In this document: in pieces, positions 60,411-64,000 of the stretch
Layout of the letters: each line of letters opens with the position of its first letter
Numbering within the stretch: the first letter of the stretch is position 1
DNA from: Primorskyibacter aestuariivivens
GTDB taxonomy: Bacteria > Pseudomonadota > Alphaproteobacteria > Rhodobacterales > Rhodobacteraceae
Assembly: GCF_028023675.1 (NCBI RefSeq)
Contig: NZ_JAQIOZ010000005.1
Span: forward strand, 124,282-188,281
DNA: 64,000 nt
Direction of reading: 5' to 3'
Notes under the pieces: generated by a model
Databases searched by the model: none
Told to the model about the DNA's origin: nothing
The model's input: only the letters and a program-made list of their open reading frames with translations
Translations under genes and position numbers: made by a program

Positions 60411-60460
60411 ATCACCGGTTCAGCATTCCCATAACGCCACTGGCTTTCTATGCTGGGGCC

Positions 60461-61879
60461 ATGAAGCGCCTGTTGCTTGCCGCCCTGATCTTGCTGCCGA
60501 CCCTGAGCTCCGCCATGGAGTTCCGGTTGCACGGCGATCACCCCGAGGGCTGCATGGTCACCGCTACCGGCCCGATCCAGCCCGGCGACGCGGACAGGTT
60601 GCGCGCGATCCTTCCCGGGGATGCGGAATACAGCCAATATGTCACCGACACCCCGCGCCTGTGTTTCGACAGCCCCGGCGGCAGTTTTGTCGAAGGGCTG
60701 GCCATTGCACGCCATCTGCGCGACACCGGCATCGCCGCCCATGTGCCGCGCGACGCAAGCTGCCTCAGCGCCTGCGCCATTGCCTTTCTGGGCGGGTCGG
60801 CCCGGAATTTCGAAGATGCGCTGATCGACATGCGCGATCGCAGTCTGCACAGCACCGCGCGGCTGGGCTTTCACGCGCCCCAGCTTGACGTGCCGGATGC
60901 CAGCTTTAACCGCGCCGAGGTGCAGCGCGCCTTTACCATCGCGATGCGCTCCGCGGCGCTGACCTTTTCCCGGCTCGACGAACTGCGCATCACCCGGAAT
61001 TTCGCGCTGGATTTCTTTGCCGTCGAAGGCAATGCATTCTACGAGATCGACACCACGACCCGACTTGCCCAGCTTGGGGCCGCGCTCGAAGGTGTGGCCG
61101 CCCTCCCCGAGCGTCTGTCCGATGACGGGCTGCGCCAGATCTGCGCCTTTGTCAGCCCCAAGGTCGATCCCGCGCGTTTCAGCGCAGCCCATAACCAGCA
61201 TCAGGTTCTCAACACTGCCACTTACGATTTGCCACCGCAGCCGGGATATACGAAAGGGTCCCGCGCCTTTGTCCTGGGCTGGACGGTCGAAGGGTTCCGC
61301 CAATGGCATGTGTGCAACGTGCGCTGGACAGGCGGCGCAGAGCCCGCAGTATCGGTCGAGGTCATCGCAGAACCCTTTGTGAGCGACGACACCGGCCGCT
61401 TCGACGACCCTACCCCACCGACGCAGAGCGAAATCGCAGGTTTCGTCATTAACAACCGTGGCAGTTTCTTCCGTCCTTCGCCACTGCTGGGCCTGCCTGC
61501 GGGCACGCGCCTTCGCGACCTTCAGGGGCCGCATCACGGCGTCAGCCGCCTGCGCACCGACACTGTCACCTGCCGTCCCCTGCGCCACAGCTACCGCGTG
61601 AGCGGCGTGAAAAACTTCGCAACCCTGCGCGCCGCCCCTAATTTCGATGCGCCCGTGCTGCGCGAGGTCCGGCGCGATGCCTCGGTCTCCCCCGGTGGAC
61701 AGGGGTATTTCACAGCGGCACCCCGCTGCATCTCTGCCTGCGATGTCTCGCAACGCGGCACGCTTCGCCCCGCCGACCTGCGCCGGGTCTCCGCCTGCCA
61801 ATGGTCGAATGAGTTGTGGTGGCACATGAAACTGCCCGATGGCACGACCGGCTGGATGAGCGCGAAGTACCTGCGCTGA
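60461..61879 (+). CDS. exported protein with ClpP/S49-like N-terminal segment and C-terminal SH3b-like domain(s)
   Basis: Signal peptide MKRLLLAALILLPTLSSA; ..FDSPGGSFVEGLAIARHL..C.SACAIAFLGG.. resembles ClpP/NfeD/S49 fold motif; C-terminal ..WSNELWWHMKLPDGTTGWMSAKYL SH3b-like. Confidence 0.55.
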   Translation: MKRLLLAALILLPTLSSAMEFRLHGDHPEGCMVTATGPIQPGDADRLRAILPGDAEYSQYVTDTPRLCFDSPGGSFVEGLAIARHLRDTGIAAHVPRDASCLSACAIAFLGGSARNFEDALIDMRDRSLHSTARLGFHAPQLDVPDASFNRAEVQRAFTIAMRSAALTFSRLDELRITRNFALDFFAVEGNAFYEIDTTTRLAQLGAALEGVAALPERLSDDGLRQICAFVSPKVDPARFSAAHNQHQVLNTATYDLPPQPGYTKGSRAFVLGWTVEGFRQWHVCNVRWTGGAEPAVSVEVIAEPFVSDDTGRFDDPTPPTQSEIAGFVINNRGSFFRPSPLLGLPAGTRLRDLQGPHHGVSRLRTDTVTCRPLRHSYRVSGVKNFATLRAAPNFDAPVLREVRRDASVSPGGQGYFTAAPRCISACDVSQRGTLRPADLRRVSACQWSNELWWHMKLPDGTTGWMSAKYLR

Positions 61880-61892
61880 GGAAACAGAGCGC

Positions 61893-62378
61893 TCAGTCGA
61901 GAAGATCGCCGGGCGTCAACGCAAAAGCCTTGCCAAACCCGCCATTGAGCAGACCGGACACCGGCGAAAAAACCACGATCGAGAAATCGCCAAACCCGAT
62001 ATACAGCTTCGCCTTGGGCCGCTGCTCCAGATACCTTGCGGCCAGCGACGCATGTTCGGCCTCGCCGTGTCGGACAAACCGCGCCCGTGCCTTGAGGCTG
62101 AGCCGGGGATGGGTCAGCGGATCACCCTTCTCACCCGGCTCTCCGACCAGCAGCGCACCGCTGGGATTGACTTGCAAGGCCCTTGCATGGGCCGACAAGT
62201 CCGAAATCAGCGACATAGGACGACCATCCTTTGTCATCGCCAGCGCGATGCGGGACACCGAAGGCCACCCATCCTCAGGATCACGCACAGCAAGCGCCGC
62301 GAACCGGGCGTCACGCAGCAAGGCCCGCGCCAGACCGCGGGCCTTGTCATCGGGTATCTGAACCGGAGACGTCGCCAT
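61893..62378 (-). CDS. pyridoxamine 5'-phosphate oxidase-like FMN-binding split-barrel protein
   Basis: 161 aa; ..ALAV..DGWP.VS....A.T.DG.P..LIS.LS.H..L.. pattern. Confidence 0.65.
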   Translation of the reverse strand: MATSPVQIPDDKARGLARALLRDARFAALAVRDPEDGWPSVSRIALAMTKDGRPMSLISDLSAHARALQVNPSGALLVGEPGEKGDPLTHPRLSLKARARFVRHGEAEHASLAARYLEQRPKAKLYIGFGDFSIVVFSPVSGLLNGGFGKAFALTPGDLLD

Positions 62379-62419
62379 GGCATCACCATGGTGTCACGGC
62401 GCGCTCCGGACAACTCCCT

Positions 62420-63991
62420 TTATGTATCCATGCGCATCAGCACATTGACCTGCCCGCGCACCGCGTTTTCCCACACGAGGTCGACCTTGTCGCCATTCGG
62501 CCCCTGTTCGAGCCGGGCATAGGGCATGCCCCATTGCGCCACGTTGCTGGAATTCTCGATCTTCTGCGTCGCCACAACCGACACCACGTCGCGCGCGCGC
62601 CCACCAAATGCCAGCCAATTGGCCCCATCCACCCGCCAGGTGGACGAAACCGTATTCTCGCTGTGCGACACCAGCGCCGGGTTCTCGGTCCGGTACTCGA
62701 TATTGTTGAAGGTGTTGTTGGAGAAATAGACCTTCTTCATCCGCGTCATGTCCAGATCGGCAAAGGAGGTATCGACCTTTTCCACCCGGTCGATATTGCC
62801 ATCCACACAACGGAACATATTGCCCGTCACATTGAGCCCGTTGATGAAATGCCCGGTGCCATAGGGTTTGACAACGATCCACCCGAAGGATGGCAGCAGG
62901 TCACCACACAGGAACACGTTGTTGGTGATGGACAATCCGGCAAACCCGAACCCGCCTGTATAATCCGGGTTCACCTCGCGCTCATTGGTCCACTCAATGG
63001 TGCAGTTGTCGACATAGTTGCCCACCACCGTAGCGTTGCACGCCCGCAGCGCCAGCACCAGACCGGCAAGGCGCACACCGTTGACCTGCCCGTCGCCCTG
63101 AAAGAAATGGTTGCCGGAAATCACCGAATTGGACCCGCTCAGGATACAGAAGTGACGGAACTGGCTGGCGCGATTGTTGCGGATTTTGACGTCATTGGCA
63201 TTGGCATTGATCGCAATCGACACCCGGTCCTGTGACGGCGTACCACCCTCGGCACTGATGAACTGACAATGATCCACCAACAGCCCCTGACAGCCGTACC
63301 CGATCGATGTGATGCCGCGATACTTGGGGCGGGTGAAATAGCAATCCCGCACCTGGAACACGACACCGGTCTTGGCCAGCATGATGCCGCTGGCCTTGTT
63401 GTTGCATTGGAACTCGATATCCGACATCGAGAACGAAGACAGTTTTTCAAACCCGCTGAAATCCAGCAGGTACTTGAACCGGGTAAAGGTAAAGACCTGC
63501 GTTCCGGTGGCCGCGCCCAGCGGTTGTGACAAAGTGATCTCGCCCGCCGCCACGTTTTTGTCCCGGACATAGACCTCTCGCCCAACACCGTTGCCCTCTA
63601 CCAATGCACCGATCGGAACATTCGCGACATTCGTCACCCCGGTCAGCGTCTTGTCCGCACTCGCCGAATAGGTCGCCTGAGACGTGACGACCTCGGGGTC
63701 CCAGACGGTGCTGCCCTCGGCGTAGAACTGGCCATTGGCGATGTGGCGGCGTTGGGCGTAATTGTCCTTGTTGGCCACGGCGGCCTGCATGTCGATGGGC
63801 CCGCTGATCGAAATGCGCCGCCCGCCCATATCAAGGCTCTCGTGATCGGAATTGTTCAGCAGCGACTGGAACGCTTTCTTGAAGCCCAACTCCTCATTGC
63901 CAAAGGCGTCAATATAAGGCCCAAGGTGGAAATCCTTGGTCAGCGACAGGATGCGGTTATCGGGCATCGTCACCGTTCCCTCGAACTGCAC
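62420..63991 (-). CDS. right-handed parallel beta-helix (pectate-lyase fold) repeat protein
   Basis: Repeating ..N..I.GN.F.. coils (IRNNRASQ, ISGNHFFQ, VVGNYVDN, ITNNVFLC, VTGNMFRC). GTG start at the window edge; the N-terminus may extend beyond the window. Confidence 0.7.
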   Translation of the reverse strand: MQFEGTVTMPDNRILSLTKDFHLGPYIDAFGNEELGFKKAFQSLLNNSDHESLDMGGRRISISGPIDMQAAVANKDNYAQRRHIANGQFYAEGSTVWDPEVVTSQATYSASADKTLTGVTNVANVPIGALVEGNGVGREVYVRDKNVAAGEITLSQPLGAATGTQVFTFTRFKYLLDFSGFEKLSSFSMSDIEFQCNNKASGIMLAKTGVVFQVRDCYFTRPKYRGITSIGYGCQGLLVDHCQFISAEGGTPSQDRVSIAINANANDVKIRNNRASQFRHFCILSGSNSVISGNHFFQGDGQVNGVRLAGLVLALRACNATVVGNYVDNCTIEWTNEREVNPDYTGGFGFAGLSITNNVFLCGDLLPSFGWIVVKPYGTGHFINGLNVTGNMFRCVDGNIDRVEKVDTSFADLDMTRMKKVYFSNNTFNNIEYRTENPALVSHSENTVSSTWRVDGANWLAFGGRARDVVSVVATQKIENSSNVAQWGMPYARLEQGPNGDKVDLVWENAVRGQVNVLMRMDT

Positions 63992-64000
63992 CCGCGAATT

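Overview
High-GC (~63%) alphaproteobacterial, Rhodobacteraceae-like chromosomal segment with dense coding on both strands.

Housekeeping genes are interspersed throughout: rplY-pth, pyrD, clpS, hemF, tadA, two rRNA pseudouridine synthases, dtd and uvrB.

Accessory and mobile material:
- A secreted orthocaspase-like protein sits next to an MsbA-like ABC exporter, beside tRNA-Gly(TCC).
- A six-gene membrane-stress operon reads terC, small TM protein, xpaC, telA, DUF2927 lipoprotein, SPFH/DUF4339.
- An uncharacterised divergent pair follows: a single-module ClpB-D2-like AAA+ ATPase with a novel N-terminal domain, and a double-zinc-ribbon, C-terminally membrane-anchored protein.
- A complete LapA/RTX-adhesin-type type I secretion locus (giant repetitive adhesin, TolC, ABC, HlyD) abuts tRNA-Arg(TCT) and a truncated GNAT gene.
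- A REP-associated tyrosine transposase (RAYT) is flanked by four GTAGGGTGGGCAG..CTGCCCACC REP hairpins, one of which lies in-frame inside the RAYT gene.
- A second ~46-bp dispersed REP-like element is present in two copies.

No CRISPR array, rRNA or prophage was seen.

Hand-derived coordinates (tRNAs, repeats, adjusted starts) may be off by 1-2 nt. Where my manual base counting disagreed with the ORF track by 1 nt, I trusted the track.
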